From: Candidatus Acidiferrales bacterium
GTDB lineage: Bacteria > Acidobacteriota > Terriglobia > Acidiferrales > UBA7541
Reading direction: 5' to 3'
Length of the DNA: 64,000 nucleotides
Assembly: GCA_035280405.1 (NCBI GenBank)
Contig: DATEFX010000048.1
Coordinates: 13,279 to 77,278 of the forward strand
Part shown: piece by piece, positions 40,915-53,848 of the stretch
Position numbering within the stretch: the stretch's first letter is position 1
How the letters are laid out: every line of letters starts with the position of its first letter
The notes under the pieces: model-generated
The model's input: the letters and a program-made list of their open reading frames with translations, nothing else
The model's database searches: none
Told to the model about the DNA's origin: nothing
Made by a program: the position numbers and the translations under genes

Positions 40915-40952
40915 CGAGGCCCTCGCGGCAGGAGTCGCGAGGGCCTTTTTCA
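40915..40952 (+). terminator. Rho-independent terminator
   Basis: GAGGCCCTCGCG-gcaggagt-CGCGAGGGCC followed by TTTTTCATTTTC. Confidence 0.7.
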
Positions 40953-41061
40953 TTTTCTGCGCTACGAATTCCTTGACTCCGTGCGCAGCGTGGTGGGGAG
41001 ATTGCCCCGCAGTCTGCGAGATTCAGTTACTGGAATCGAGCGCCCGAGGCGAGGCGGACGG

Positions 41062-42141
41062 TTATTCCGTGTTCAGCACGGGGCGGAGGACGGCAATGGC
41101 GAAGTGGGCGAGGTGGGGCGCGTCGGTGTCAAGCTGAAGCCAGCGAACGACGCAGTGCTTCTTCAGGTAGTCGGAGACTTTCGCTTCGTCGATTTCGAGA
41201 TGCTCGGCGAGTTGCGCGCGCAGCGAAGAATCGCCGTGCTGGCGAGCGCCGCGCCCAGCGCGGCGCGAGCGGCCGAGCTGCGCCGCGCCGACGCGCAGCG
41301 TCTGGCACGCCTCGACGTAATAATTCGTCGTCAAATCGGAATCGGAGAGAAGGAAAACGCCCGGGCCCGCGGGCGCGGCGTCCACTTCGTCGACGCGGTG
41401 CAGCGGGCTCGAAACCAGCCGGCGCAGCATCGATTCCAGATGCGCGAAACGCGACGCCAGAGCAGGCTCGCCGGCGCGAATGTACGTGGCGCGTTCGGCG
41501 AACTGGATTGGCTCGGATTCGCCGCGCGGAGAAAATGGCTCGATCGCCGGCGATTCGGCGAGGCGAGATTCCGATTCTTCCGGCGCAGCGGCGCGCGCGA
41601 ACGATGCGTCGTTCCGCCGAGGCGCTGGCGAGCCGGATCGCGTTGCCGCGCTCGCTCCGCGGCGTTTGTGTCTGCGGCCGCCACGGCGCCCGCGACGGCG
41701 CTTATGCTGGCCTCCCGGAGCGGCAGACGGCGCGGCGGAAACTTGCGCCGAATCGGCATTCGCTTCCGAGGCAGGCTCCGTTTCCACCGCTTCAGATTCC
41801 GCGGGCGCCGATGACGCAACCAAATCATTTTCCGCCGACGATTCCGCCTCCGGCGATTCGTGGCGCGTCGCTTCCGCGGTGAATTCCGGCACAGGTGCGC
41901 CGAGACGCGTGAGCGCGTCCGCGGCTTTCTGGCGCCATTCGGCGCGGCGGAAGCGGTTCGCGGCGGTGGTGAACCAGCGAATCGCCTCATCCGTGTTGCC
42001 GGATTTTTCCGCGAAGCTCGCGGCTTCGAACGCGACCATCGCGTCGCGCGTCTTCTCATACAGCTCCGCGAGCTTGCCGACCGGGTCGGCGCTGGTCCGC
42101 GCGCGGCGGATGCGCCCCTGAATTTGCCTCCAGTTTCCCAT
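41062..42141 (-). CDS. Hypothetical protein with Arg-rich low-complexity centre and possible C-terminal GIY-YIG-like domain
   Basis: N-terminal helical region, RRRGRRGGRRHKRRG tract, C-terminal GVFLLSDSDLTTNYYVEACQTL...LAEHLE loosely resembling GIY-YIG. Confidence 0.45.
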   Translation of the reverse strand: MGNWRQIQGRIRRARTSADPVGKLAELYEKTRDAMVAFEAASFAEKSGNTDEAIRWFTTAANRFRRAEWRQKAADALTRLGAPVPEFTAEATRHESPEAESSAENDLVASSAPAESEAVETEPASEANADSAQVSAAPSAAPGGQHKRRRGRRGGRRHKRRGASAATRSGSPAPRRNDASFARAAAPEESESRLAESPAIEPFSPRGESEPIQFAERATYIRAGEPALASRFAHLESMLRRLVSSPLHRVDEVDAAPAGPGVFLLSDSDLTTNYYVEACQTLRVGAAQLGRSRRAGRGARQHGDSSLRAQLAEHLEIDEAKVSDYLKKHCVVRWLQLDTDAPHLAHFAIAVLRPVLNTE

Positions 42142-42247
42142 CGCGGGAATTGTATCAATGCGCGAACGGACACGCCAGAAAAGTCCGCGAGAGCGGAGGA
42201 AACGTAACCATTTCGTGCGCGCGGCGATTTTCAGGCATCATAGGCTG

Positions 42248-43417
42248 ATGCTGCCGGACGACAAAACGCGGCGAGTCGTCGAGCGCGCGCGTGCGCTGGG
42301 ATTCGAATTGTGCGGCGTCGCGCCCGCGGCGGATTTCGACGAGCTGCGGCATTTTCCGGAGTGGCTGGCGCGCGGCTACGCGGGCGAGATGGAGTATCTG
42401 CACGATCCGCGGCGCGCAAGCGCCGAAAACGTTCTCGCCGGCGCGCGTTCGGTGATTGTCTGCGCGCTGAATTTCAATGCGCCGCTGCCGTATTCGACGG
42501 CCGTCGCAACTGATGCACAGAGTACAGATGATTCGCGCGCGCGTTCCCCGCGCGGATGGATCTCGCGATACGCGTGGGGCGAGGACTACCACGAGGTCCT
42601 CGGCCGCAAGCTCGATGGATTGCTTGAGTGGATGCGCGGGGAATTCGGCGGCGAGTTTCGCGCGAAGGCTTACGTCGACACCGGCCCGGTGCTCGAGCGC
42701 GTCGCCGCGAAATATGCGGGGCTCGGGTGGCTGGGCAAGAATACGTGCCTGATCAATCAGCGCGCGGGCTCGTGGTTTTTTCTCGGCGTGATTCTGACGG
42801 ACCTGGAATTGGCGCCGTCGCTCGCGCGCGATGACGAGCTGCCGCGCGACTTGTGCGGCACTTGCCGGCGCTGCATTGACGCCTGCCCCACCGGCGCGAT
42901 CGTCGAGCCGTACGTCCTCGACGCGCGCCGCTGCATCGCGTACCTGACGATCGAGCTGCGCGGCGCGATCCCCGAAGAATTTCGCGGCGCGATGGGAAAC
43001 ATGATTTTCGGCTGCGACATCTGCCAGGACGTCTGCCCGTGGAACCGCAAAGCTCCGGCGTCGCCGCTCACGGAATTTTTGCCGCGGCAGATTCCCGCGA
43101 ACGACGGCGATGCGCGCGATTCCGAATCGCTTTTCAATCCCGCGCTCGAATGGTTAATTTCGCTCGACGAAGAAGAATTCCGGAAGATTTTTCGCGGCAG
43201 TCCCGTGAAGCGCGCAAAGTGGCGCGGACTGATTCGAAATGCCTGCGTCGCGCTGGGAAATTCTCGGATGGAAGCCGGCAGCGAGGAACGTTCCCGGATA
43301 ATGCGCAAGCTGCGGGAATTATCGGAATCGGGCGACGAAATCATCGCCGAACACGGGCGGTGGGCCTTGACGCGATTGACTGCTTCGGCGGCGGTGGCGG
43401 CGCATCAGTCCGATTGA
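42248..43417 (+). CDS. queG: Epoxyqueuosine reductase
   Basis: Two 4Fe-4S ferredoxin motifs (CGTCRRCIDACP; CDICQDVCPWN), cobalamin-binding region, C-terminal HEAT-like repeats. Confidence 0.85.
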   Translation: MLPDDKTRRVVERARALGFELCGVAPAADFDELRHFPEWLARGYAGEMEYLHDPRRASAENVLAGARSVIVCALNFNAPLPYSTAVATDAQSTDDSRARSPRGWISRYAWGEDYHEVLGRKLDGLLEWMRGEFGGEFRAKAYVDTGPVLERVAAKYAGLGWLGKNTCLINQRAGSWFFLGVILTDLELAPSLARDDELPRDLCGTCRRCIDACPTGAIVEPYVLDARRCIAYLTIELRGAIPEEFRGAMGNMIFGCDICQDVCPWNRKAPASPLTEFLPRQIPANDGDARDSESLFNPALEWLISLDEEEFRKIFRGSPVKRAKWRGLIRNACVALGNSRMEAGSEERSRIMRKLRELSESGDEIIAEHGRWALTRLTASAAVAAHQSD

Positions 43418-43493
43418 CGTCCCGCTCTAAATTTTCTAGGCTCGCGGGTCATCCAGATCGCAGTAACCGTTCATCATTCTGCAAGGAGGTCTC

Positions 43494-44276
43494 ATGATCG
43501 CCGCCGCAGTGGCCATGCACGCAATCCGGTTTTCTCCGCATTTCAGCTTTCCCCAAGGCGCCGCCGCGAACGAGGAAATCGTGTTGCGCTGGATCCACTT
43601 CGTCAGCGGGATCATGTGGATCGGGCTGCTTTACTTCTTCAATCTGGTGGGCGGGCCGGCAATGAAGGAGCTTGACCCCGCATCGCGCGGCAAAATTTAT
43701 CCGCCGCTGATGTCGCGCGCGATGGGAGTGTTCCGCTGGTCGGCGGTCGTCGCAGTTCTGGTCGGCCTGCGATACTACGCAATTCTCTTGCAGGCCGACG
43801 CGCAAAATGCAGGCCAGCCGCGGCTGCTGGGACGCTGGTTCGGCGAATGGTTCCTCGTCTGGCTGATTGCATACGTGTTTCTATACGCGCTGCAGATGCC
43901 GTTCGGCGGGCCGCTGGGCAACGGCTGGGTTCGCGCGGCCCTGATCGCCATCGTCGTCATCGCCGCGTCGTGGATAGTTCTCGACTGGAACGCGGGGCCG
44001 GAATCGTCGAACGCGCATCTCGCGATCAGCGTCGGCGGCGGGCTCGGCCTCGTGATGCTGCTCAACGTGTGGGGCATCGTCTGGCGCGTGCAGAAACGGC
44101 TGATCGCCTGGAACCGGGAGTTCGCCGAACACGGCACGCCGATTCCGGAAAAAGCGGCGAAGATGATGCAGTTCTCGAGCATTGCGTCGCGCACTGCGTT
44201 CTGGCTTTCGTTCCCGATGCTTTTCTTCATGGCCGCGGCGGAGCACTATCCGTTTCTCGGCAGCATCGGCCGCTAG
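43494..44276 (+). CDS. Hypothetical integral membrane protein (6-7 transmembrane helices)
   Basis: Hydrophobic helices with conserved His/Trp (WIHFVSGIMWIGLLYFF). Confidence 0.55.
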   Translation: MIAAAVAMHAIRFSPHFSFPQGAAANEEIVLRWIHFVSGIMWIGLLYFFNLVGGPAMKELDPASRGKIYPPLMSRAMGVFRWSAVVAVLVGLRYYAILLQADAQNAGQPRLLGRWFGEWFLVWLIAYVFLYALQMPFGGPLGNGWVRAALIAIVVIAASWIVLDWNAGPESSNAHLAISVGGGLGLVMLLNVWGIVWRVQKRLIAWNREFAEHGTPIPEKAAKMMQFSSIASRTAFWLSFPMLFFMAAAEHYPFLGSIGR

Positions 44277-44303
44277 GAATTTCGCGAGGCCAAAGCGGCC
44301 GCG

Positions 44304-45497
44304 CTAGTGCGAGAGGACGCGCGTTTGATTGGGCGAGACGAGTTGATAGCGGATGCCGCGCCAGCGGATCCGCCGCTCGAACGCGGACACGAGGAAATTC
44401 CAGAGGAATAGAAAAGGAACCACCGGCGCGAGCACGATCCACGCCCAGCTCGTTTCGTCGCATTTCGCGCGCCAATCGCGCAGCACTTCCTGCACCGCGA
44501 CCGTGCGTAGCGCGCCTTTCCCCGCGGCGAGGAGAATGATCAGGAACGAAAGCAGGAAAAGGCCCATCCACGAATCTCCGGTGAACATCCGGCTCAGAAT
44601 CGTCATCGCCGCGAAAATCAGCGTCGCGCAATACGATAAATGCACCAGCGCGGCAATCCACCAGCGCTTCGGCGCGTACACGCGCGTCAAGATCATCTGC
44701 CGGTTCGTGAATTCCAGCAGCCCTTCCGAATTGACGTCCAGCAGCGTCGGCGCCAGGCATTCCGGCACGAAACGGACTGGCATCCCGGCGCGCTCGAGTG
44801 CGCCGGTGAGAGCCCAGTCATCGCTGACAGCACCTTTCCAGGCTTCGAGTGTTTCGATGCTGTGGAAGACCATCGTGCGAATCGCTGTTCCGCCGCCCCA
44901 GCAAAAATTCCGCCCGCCTTCCGCGAGTTGGGTGGCGACGGCGGCGTTCCACGCGGAGAGAAGCGCGCTCGCAAGTCCGCCGCGCGAAGGGAAATACCAG
45001 CGGTACGTGCTCGCCGCGCCGAGCCGGGCGTCAGCCAGAGGAGCGACCAGATGCGAAAGCCAGGCACGCCCCAGGCGCGCGTCGGAATCCACGAACACGA
45101 GCACTTCGAAACCCTCAGCGGCCTGCGCGACGGCCGCGCGGAGATTGTTCACTTTTTCGCTGCAATCCTTTGGCGACCCCGCGGTGACGAGATGAATTGT
45201 CCGCTTGCTCTCCGCCTTGACGCGGTCAATCGCGTTCCGCGCGGGATCGAGCGCGCTTGCCACAACGAAAAAAATCTCATAATCGGGATAATCGAATCCC
45301 GCGAGCGCCGAGAGATTTCCTTCCAGGCCGGGCTCCGCGCCCTTGCAAGGGCAGATGACCGCGACGCGCGGCGAGTAAAATCCCGGATGCCTCCCGAGCC
45401 GGTCGCGAACCATCGCCAGCCACTTCCAGCCGCTCCAGAGCGACACAAATCCCTGGAAGATTTGCTGCAACACCAAGATGTAGAACGCAGTTAGCAT
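44304..45497 (-). CDS. GT2-family glycosyltransferase (ceramide-glucosyltransferase/HpnI-like)
   Basis: VICPCKGAE, DxD region (VFVDSDARL), Q/RxxRW-like C-terminal transmembrane region; start at MLTAFYIL. Confidence 0.7.
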   Translation of the reverse strand: MLTAFYILVLQQIFQGFVSLWSGWKWLAMVRDRLGRHPGFYSPRVAVICPCKGAEPGLEGNLSALAGFDYPDYEIFFVVASALDPARNAIDRVKAESKRTIHLVTAGSPKDCSEKVNNLRAAVAQAAEGFEVLVFVDSDARLGRAWLSHLVAPLADARLGAASTYRWYFPSRGGLASALLSAWNAAVATQLAEGGRNFCWGGGTAIRTMVFHSIETLEAWKGAVSDDWALTGALERAGMPVRFVPECLAPTLLDVNSEGLLEFTNRQMILTRVYAPKRWWIAALVHLSYCATLIFAAMTILSRMFTGDSWMGLFLLSFLIILLAAGKGALRTVAVQEVLRDWRAKCDETSWAWIVLAPVVPFLFLWNFLVSAFERRIRWRGIRYQLVSPNQTRVLSH

Positions 45498-45616
45498 TCG
45501 CTTCTCTGACTTCGAGAATAACAAAGACAGGCGGGGATGCGCGCCGGCCTTTGGGACAGCTTTCCGGAAGGGTAAATCAGCCCATCGGGACAGGCTGGGT
45601 AGCCCTGCAATTTGCG

Positions 45617-46201
45617 CTAGCGGCGCGCGAAGATCTTCTTCATTCGCGAGGAAGCCGAGGAAATCAATTCGGCTTCGAATTTCGCCGCGGCTCGACGCGC
45701 CAGATCCAGCATCGAGGGATCGAGCAGGATCCCGCAGCGGTCTACGAACGGCCCTTTCGGCGCGTCGCCCGCCGCTCGGCTCCTTCCCGGCGCGGGGAGT
45801 GTTCCATAGAGCCTTCGGTAAAGCTCCATGTCGCGCGAAAACGCGGCAAAGTCCTCGTCGCCCCATCGCAAGCTGCGCCGAAGAGCGGCGTAAAACTCAT
45901 CCCGGAACAGTTTGACGAGACTCGCTTGCTCTGGAGTCGAGCGCCGGCCGGGCCGGACGCCGATGCGAACCGGAATTTCGTGCTCGGCTACGAGCACGAC
46001 GACAACAAGAGATTCGCGGCGAATCGTCTCGACCAGCTCGCGAAATCGCTCAGGATTGGCCGTCCGCCCGGGGCGCTTCGCTTCCCTGGCGTAGGAATTG
46101 AGGAACCGCGCGACTACGCCGTCTCGTTCCAGAAGATTCAGGAGCAGCGCGGCCATCTCCTGCGCGCGGACGGCGACTTGTCTGGGCGTGAGCGGGGCCA
46201 T
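45617..46201 (-). CDS. Hypothetical protein
   Basis: ~195-aa ORF on the same strand between lon and the GT2 gene; no motif recognised. Confidence 0.4.
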   Translation of the reverse strand: MAPLTPRQVAVRAQEMAALLLNLLERDGVVARFLNSYAREAKRPGRTANPERFRELVETIRRESLVVVVLVAEHEIPVRIGVRPGRRSTPEQASLVKLFRDEFYAALRRSLRWGDEDFAAFSRDMELYRRLYGTLPAPGRSRAAGDAPKGPFVDRCGILLDPSMLDLARRAAAKFEAELISSASSRMKKIFARR

Positions 46202-46336
46202 AGGCGAGATTTCTACGTCTACGCGAACGCGCGCCACCGCGCAATAAAAATTGCGCCGGGAATTCCACAAAAAGAAAAGGCCCAGCCGTCAGAAGCCGGG
46301 CCTTTTCCATGCCGCGCGTTTCGATCTGGTCAGAGC

Positions 46337-48757
<2,421 letters not shown>

Positions 48758-48888
48758 TTAATGCCCCCTTGGTTCCCTGGTTCCCAGCAAATACGATTCC
48801 CGGCCGATCTGCCCTTCACGGCCTGGGTAATTTGATGCTTGCCGGACGGAAACGGTTCGACAGCTAATATAATAGTGCGCATACAATC

Positions 48889-48905
48889 TTAGCGTATTAC
48901 GCTAA
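48889..48905. promoter_or_regulatory. Perfect palindrome TTAGCGTA-T-TACGCTAA in the lon upstream region (candidate heat-shock operator); second palindrome TGTTTACAAACA at 48933..48944
   Basis: Seen directly ~130-190 bp upstream of the lon start; outer hexamers resemble the CIRCE half-sites TTAGCA/TGCTAA. Confidence 0.3.
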
Positions 48906-49007
48906 TGCATGCAACAACTTGATAACACCTCTGTTTACAAACAGTTACGGCCAAATTGTCGATTCAACCTCAACGCTATGCGCCTCCAACTACCAGGCTC
49001 CTACGAA

Positions 49008-50342
49008 CTAGACCGTCTTTCGGTGCTCAAATTGGCTCCGCACCAGCGTTAGCGCCGCTTCCCTGCTCGTGATTCGCCCCTCGAGCTGCGCGTCCTCGAC
49101 CACCTGCAGAATCTCGCGGAACACCGGGCCGGGACTGAAACCCATCGCCTTCAAGTCCTCTCCCGAGATGAGGCGCTGAGGCCGCACCGCCTCCGCGGGC
49201 GTATCCGCCAGGAAACGCTTCACGAACTCGTAGTTCTCGAGGTTTCGATGGCTCGAAAGGCAGTCGAGCCGGTGCAGTTCCAGATGCTCGTCGAATCGCG
49301 TCAGGCGCGCGAATCGCTTCAGCGTCGATTGCTTCATCTGCGGGGCGTCCTTGAAGCGCAGGTGATTGGCGACGAGCGCCGCGATCTGTTCCGTGTCGTC
49401 ATTCGAGAAGCGGAACCGCCGGCAAATCTCCTCCGCCATGCGCGTGCCGACTTCTACATGCTCGTCAAACCGGATGCGGTCATTCGGCCCCGACGGCGCC
49501 TTGAATGTTGGCGGCTTGCCAACGTCGTGCAGCAACACGCCCCACGCCAGCGTCGGCGAAGTGCCCGCGGGCAGGCCTTCGAGCATCAGCAGCGTATGAG
49601 TCCACACGTCCCCTTCCGGATGAAATTGCGGCGGCTGCGCGACGCCCTTCATTTTCGAAATTTCCGGCAAGAGCTGGCGCAGCAGCCCCGTCTCGTCGAG
49701 CAGTTCAAAGGCCCGCCGCGCCGCGCCTTCCGTCAGCAGCTTGGTCAATTCGTCGCGCAGCCTTTCCTGCGACACCTGCGCGACATCGGGAGCGAATTTC
49801 ACGATTGCCCGCTTCGTCGCGGGTTCGATTGCGTAGCCGAACCTCGCGGAGAATCGCACGGCGCGCACCATGCGCAGCTTGTCTTCCTCAAACCGCTTCG
49901 CCGCCTCTCCGATTGCCCGAATCATGCCGGCCCGCAGATCCGCTTGCCCGCCGACGAAGTCGAGCACGCGGCCGTCGCGCGGGTCCAGCATCAATCCGTT
50001 GATGGTGAAATCGCGCCGTCGCACGTCTTCTTCGGGCGTGTCGGAGTATTCCACGCGCAGCGGGTGCCGTCCGTCGGCATAGCCAATGTCCGACCGAAAC
50101 GTCGCCACTTCCACTTGCAAGGAATCTTCCACGACAATGATCACGCCGAATTGCGCGCCAACGGCGATGCTGTCCGGAAACAGCTGCTGGACGCGCTCGG
50201 GCCCCGCGTCCGTCGCCACGTCGTAATCCGCCGGCTCGCGCTTGAGCAGCAAATCGCGCACACATCCTCCGACCAGATAGGCCTGATGGCCCGAGTCGCG
50301 CAGCCGCGCGCAGATTCGCTCGGCGAGTTCCCGCGGAGTCAT
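49008..50342 (-). CDS. cca: CCA-adding enzyme (tRNA nucleotidyltransferase with HD domain)
   Basis: GGCVRDLLL head motif, RRDFTING; HD domain HDVGKP...FDEHVEVG. Confidence 0.85.
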   Translation of the reverse strand: MTPRELAERICARLRDSGHQAYLVGGCVRDLLLKREPADYDVATDAGPERVQQLFPDSIAVGAQFGVIIVVEDSLQVEVATFRSDIGYADGRHPLRVEYSDTPEEDVRRRDFTINGLMLDPRDGRVLDFVGGQADLRAGMIRAIGEAAKRFEEDKLRMVRAVRFSARFGYAIEPATKRAIVKFAPDVAQVSQERLRDELTKLLTEGAARRAFELLDETGLLRQLLPEISKMKGVAQPPQFHPEGDVWTHTLLMLEGLPAGTSPTLAWGVLLHDVGKPPTFKAPSGPNDRIRFDEHVEVGTRMAEEICRRFRFSNDDTEQIAALVANHLRFKDAPQMKQSTLKRFARLTRFDEHLELHRLDCLSSHRNLENYEFVKRFLADTPAEAVRPQRLISGEDLKAMGFSPGPVFREILQVVEDAQLEGRITSREAALTLVRSQFEHRKTV

Positions 50343-50421
50343 ATTGGAATTATGAGCCTCGATTGCGTGCGCCGCCAAGCGCGGCGTCTGTGGAATTGCC
50401 TGAATGCGGTTAGCCGGGGAG

Positions 50422-51579
50422 TTACGAGAAGCGCGCAGCGAGGCAAGTGATGTCGTCGTGCTGGCGCGCCTGGCCAACGTACGCGTCCACGTCGCCCATA
50501 AGCGCCGATAGCGCAGCCGCTGCCGATTCGCTCGTGAAACTCGCCACGCGGTTCTCCAAGCGCGGCTCGCCGTACTCCTGCCCGGACGCGTTCACGGCCT
50601 CCGCCAGCCCGTCGGTGAAGATCACGAGTAGCTCGTCCGGAATGATTCGCACCGCGACGGACTTGTATTCTGCCGCGTTGCTGATTCCGAAGGGCAAGCT
50701 GCCTTCGCCAAGCCGTTCGACGGTGCCGGACGTCCGGCGAAGGAATGGCGCGTTGTGTCCCGCGTTGACGTAGCGAAGCTGCCGCGCCGCGGGATCCCAC
50801 TCGGCGAGAAACGCCGTGGTGAACCGCATCCCCGAGAGGCTGTGGTCGCAAGCATAGTGATTCAGCTCGCGCGCCAGCTCGTCGAGGCTTCCCGGCCGCG
50901 CGGCAAGCGAGTGGACGCTGGCCTGAAACGTCGCCATCAGCAGCGCCGCAGGCACGCTTTTCCCCGCGACGTCGGCGACCACCATCAGCAGCACCTGCCC
51001 CGCGGCGCCTTCCGGTCCGGGCCGCATAAACGCGTCGTAGTAGTCGCCCGCCACCGTGTTTTGCGGTCGCGTCGCAAACGCGATATCCACGCCGGGCACA
51101 ACCGGCGGCTTATCCGGCACAAGCCACCGCTGGATATCGCGCGCAATTTCCAAATCGCGCTTCATGGTGACGCGGTCGGCCAGCTCCAGCGCCAGCAGAA
51201 GAAACAGGATCGCCACGCCGATTCCGCTGAAATCAAACGCATAAATCGCGTTGCCGCGATTGGCGTTCACGTGCACGATCAGCAGCACGATGGCGATCAG
51301 CAACGCGACGCGGCGCGCGGGCGACAGCTTCATCAACATGGCGGTGAAGAACGCCCAGCAGACGCGGAGCGCCCGCCCGAGGCCCTTCCGATTCCCCATC
51401 GCCTCCCAATCGACTTCGCGCGAATAGAACGAGTATGTCGCGCGCGCGTCCGCCTTCATCTGTCCCCACAGCTGATCGAGATTTCGCCCTTCGGTCACGC
51501 GCTCCCAGAATCCGCGGACGCGATTGCTTCTAGGAGGCGGGCCTTGCGCCGGGGAATAGGCTGGTCCGGTGGCGGACAT
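50422..51579 (-). CDS. PP2C/SpoIIE-family serine phosphatase with membrane N-terminus
   Basis: TVAGDYYD, VADVAGKS, FTDGLAEA metal-binding motifs. Confidence 0.8.
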   Translation of the reverse strand: MSATGPAYSPAQGPPPRSNRVRGFWERVTEGRNLDQLWGQMKADARATYSFYSREVDWEAMGNRKGLGRALRVCWAFFTAMLMKLSPARRVALLIAIVLLIVHVNANRGNAIYAFDFSGIGVAILFLLLALELADRVTMKRDLEIARDIQRWLVPDKPPVVPGVDIAFATRPQNTVAGDYYDAFMRPGPEGAAGQVLLMVVADVAGKSVPAALLMATFQASVHSLAARPGSLDELARELNHYACDHSLSGMRFTTAFLAEWDPAARQLRYVNAGHNAPFLRRTSGTVERLGEGSLPFGISNAAEYKSVAVRIIPDELLVIFTDGLAEAVNASGQEYGEPRLENRVASFTSESAAAALSALMGDVDAYVGQARQHDDITCLAARFS

Positions 51580-51640
51580 GATGGGGCATTATACGGCAGC
51601 GCGGCCAACGGGCCGTGCAGTTCTTGTGGCGGGGCGGGAA

Positions 51641-52882
51641 CTAGTCCTGGTCCGGTGCGCGGAGAGAACCGCCGAGCTGAACTTTTGTGAACCCGAATTT
51701 GTCGCGCAATTTATCGGCGGCTCGCGCGAGCCGTTCGAGCTTTTCGCGCCGGCCGGCGTCGAGCAGCTCCATCTGTCCCGCCGCGCCCGTTCCCGCCGAG
51801 AAAGAAGTCAACGCGATGCCGACGAGCCGCAATTTATCTCGCTCGTTCCACGTGGAACGGAAAAGCTCCCGCAGCGTCGTGTGCAGCGTTGCATCGAGGT
51901 CCGTCGGCGCCGCCAGCGTCCGGCTGCGCGTGATGGTGCGAAAATTCGTGAAGCGCAGCGTCAGCGTGATCGTGCGGCAGTAAAGCCCCGCGTCGCGCAG
52001 CCGCTTCACCGCTTTCTGGCACATATGGCTCAGCGTCGCCTCGAGCATCTCGCGGTCCGCTGAGTCTTCACCGAATGTGCAGTTGTGAGAGATGGATTTC
52101 GGCTCCGCGTCGACGAAGAATTCGTAGGAATCCTGCCCGCGCGCCTTGCGATAGAGCGCCGTCCCCCATTGGCCGAATACTTCCTCGAGCCGTTCGAGCG
52201 GAATCGCCGCAAGCTGCTCGACGCGCTCGATGCCAATTCCATGGAGCGCTGCCTCGGTCACTTTTCCGATGCCCGGAATTTTTCGCACGCCGAGCGGCGC
52301 GAGAAACGCCGCTTCGCTTCCCTCCGGCACCCACACGAGGCCACGCGGCTTCGCCTGGTCGCTCGCCACTTTCGCCACGAGCCGCGTGCTCGCCAGTCCG
52401 CCCGAGCACGGCAGTCCTGTCTCGCGCGTGATTTCCCGCAGCAGCCTGTGTGACGCGGCGAGCGCCGGCCCGAGCAGCCGTTCCGTGCCGGTCAGGTCGA
52501 CGTATGCTTCATCAATCGAAGCCATCTCGACCACGGGCGAATAGCGCGCCAGAATTTTCGCGATGCGGTCGCTCCACTGGCCGTAGAGTTCGTGGTGCCC
52601 GTCGAGAAAAATTCCCTGCGGGCACAGCCGCCCAGCCGTGCGCAGCGCCATCGCCGAATGCACGCCGAATTTGCGCGCCTCGTAGCTAGCCGACGTCACC
52701 ACGCCGCGCTGGTCCGCCTGCCCGCCGACGATCACGGGCAACCCGCGCAGTTCCGGCCGCGCGAGGAGTTCGACGGAGACGAAAAACGCATCCATATCCA
52801 CGTGCAGGACGGAGACGCCGGTCGGCGCGGCCTCCGGCGGCGGGAATTCTCGTTTCGCTCGGTATTGCGCCAGCTTTGGCAT
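51641..52882 (-). CDS. dinB: DNA polymerase IV
   Basis: HVDMDAFFVSVE, SIDEAYVDLT, little-finger domain. Confidence 0.9.
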   Translation of the reverse strand: MPKLAQYRAKREFPPPEAAPTGVSVLHVDMDAFFVSVELLARPELRGLPVIVGGQADQRGVVTSASYEARKFGVHSAMALRTAGRLCPQGIFLDGHHELYGQWSDRIAKILARYSPVVEMASIDEAYVDLTGTERLLGPALAASHRLLREITRETGLPCSGGLASTRLVAKVASDQAKPRGLVWVPEGSEAAFLAPLGVRKIPGIGKVTEAALHGIGIERVEQLAAIPLERLEEVFGQWGTALYRKARGQDSYEFFVDAEPKSISHNCTFGEDSADREMLEATLSHMCQKAVKRLRDAGLYCRTITLTLRFTNFRTITRSRTLAAPTDLDATLHTTLRELFRSTWNERDKLRLVGIALTSFSAGTGAAGQMELLDAGRREKLERLARAADKLRDKFGFTKVQLGGSLRAPDQD

Positions 52883-52954
52883 CGGCGGGTGCCTGACGAG
52901 AAATTTAATTCAGTTTTGCGCGCGCGTCTAGCGGAGAGAGATGAAGCAAGAAGA

Positions 52955-53848
52955 TCAAACTCGGGCAGCAGAAATGACGCGAGGAATTCCGGCCAGATCG
53001 TTCGTCACGCGGATATTTGTCCACACCTGCGGATCATTGAATAACGGCCGCACGCGCTCCAGCGCGCCGTACCCGATTTCGACGACGAGCAAGCCGCCGC
53101 GCCGCAAGCGCTTCGCCGCCTGCGCAGTCAGCGCCTCGTAAATTTCCGCGCCGCTCGGCCCCGCGAAAAGCGCGGCATGTGGCTCGTGCTCCCGCACCTC
53201 GCGCGGCAATTGAGCTGCTTCATCGCGCGCCACGTACGGCGGATTGCTCACTATCAAATCGAGCTGTCCTGCCGTCTCGCCCGCGCCAACGAGCAAGTTA
53301 CATTCAACAAGCCGCACGCGCTCCTCGACTGCATGCCTCTCCGCATTTCTTCGCGCCACCTCAAGCGCCTCCGCCGAAACATCCGTCGCGAAAATCTCTG
53401 CCTGCGGCAATTCCTTCGCCAGCGCCACCGCAATGCATCCCGACCCTGTCCCCACATCCGCAATATTCAATCTTGCGTTAGCGCCTTCCGCGCCCAGTCG
53501 TTCCAGTGCGACTTCCACGACATGCTCCGTCTCCGGCCTTGGTATCAGCACCGCCGGAGTCACCTCGAATTCGAGCCCCCAGAATTCTTGCCGGCCGGTC
53601 AAGTACTGCGTCGGCGTCCCTGCCGCGCGCCGCGCAATCGAAGTGAAAAATTTCTCGGCCGCTGCCGCATCAACTGCCGCCTCCGGATTCGCATACATCC
53701 ACGTCCGGTCGCGTCCGAGCGCATGCATCAGCAGCAACTCCGCCGCCAGCGCGTGCGAGGGCACGTTCGCCTCCCGCAGCCTCGCCATCCCCTCGCGCAA
53801 CGCCCCGCGCACATTAATTCGGGCGCTGTTTGCCGCTCGCGTCGCCAT
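52955..53848 (-). CDS. prmC: Release-factor glutamine N5-methyltransferase
   Basis: [13 protein letters not shown] motif and NPPY catalytic motif. Confidence 0.85.
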   Translation of the reverse strand: MATRAANSARINVRGALREGMARLREANVPSHALAAELLLMHALGRDRTWMYANPEAAVDAAAAEKFFTSIARRAAGTPTQYLTGRQEFWGLEFEVTPAVLIPRPETEHVVEVALERLGAEGANARLNIADVGTGSGCIAVALAKELPQAEIFATDVSAEALEVARRNAERHAVEERVRLVECNLLVGAGETAGQLDLIVSNPPYVARDEAAQLPREVREHEPHAALFAGPSGAEIYEALTAQAAKRLRRGGLLVVEIGYGALERVRPLFNDPQVWTNIRVTNDLAGIPRVISAARV

